Of a stretch of DNA of 64,000 nt, positions 63,587-64,000 are shown piece by piece (positions within the stretch are counted from its first letter, which is position 1; every line of letters begins with the position of its first letter). Origin of the DNA: Mobula hypostoma (Eukaryota). The notes beneath the pieces were generated by a model. It had not been told where the DNA came from. It saw only the letters and a list, made by a program, of their open reading frames with translations, and did no database searches. The position numbers were made by a program, and so were the translations under genes. The stretch covers positions 4,094,001 to 4,158,000 of the forward strand of contig NC_086109.1 of the NCBI RefSeq assembly GCF_963921235.1, read 5' to 3'.

Positions 63587-63793
63587 GACGTTCCCTCTAT
63601 TTTTTTTATCAGCTGCTTGGAGCAAACACTCCTCTGAGCAGGAAATTTTTAACCCGGCCTGAAAAGTGTCCGTCACTTTAACAAAATATTATATAAAAGA
63701 AAATTCAAACTGCGCGGCAACAAAGGCTATGTGCACAGGAGCATTTCAGTTACCGCGTGGCCGCACAACCCTGCGACTTAGAGGGAATAATAT
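63587..63793. mobile_element. Possible small hAT-like MITE
   Basis: Imperfect TIR gttccctcta / tagagggaat. Internal part is related to 38945-38985. Confidence 0.45.
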
Positions 63794-64000
63794 AGTCAAT
63801 CAGCAGGTGTAGAGTTTTGACCTGAAATGCCGACAACTCCTCTCGCCCACAGACACTGCCTACACCTCTCTCGGAGAGATGAAGTCCCCTATCAACCCTG
63901 GAACTTCAGAAAAATATTACAATAGATAAGTCCCCCGGGGCAGACAGGATATACCCCAGGTTACTGTGGAATTATTGGGGAATTGATGATGATCTTTGCA

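Overview
Vertebrate genomic DNA, most likely from a cartilaginous fish (ray or shark; inferred from the V-SINE/HE1-type SINEs and the CR1 and Penelope families present). Most of the window is decayed transposable elements: CR1, Rex1/Babar, RTE and Tx1 LINEs, Penelope-like elements (PLEs), a Gypsy LTR retrotransposon, Tc1, hAT and Chapaev DNA transposons, SINEs, solo LTRs, and micro/minisatellites. Nearly all long ORFs in the track are TE remnants or repeat read-throughs. A spliced + strand host gene, not visible in the ORF track, lies among the repeats: TATA box at 17394, signal-peptide exon 17510-17588, exon 32183-32245, mucin-like exon 37063-37244, transmembrane exon 51183-51317 and a probable cytoplasmic exon from 59683. 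It resembles a CD34-family sialomucin. The PLE ends carry minimal hammerhead ribozymes, four with intact cores, and several occur as short fold-back elements with back-to-back ribozymes. No prokaryotic features, CRISPR arrays or rRNA were seen. All family assignments are by eye, and TE boundaries are approximate.
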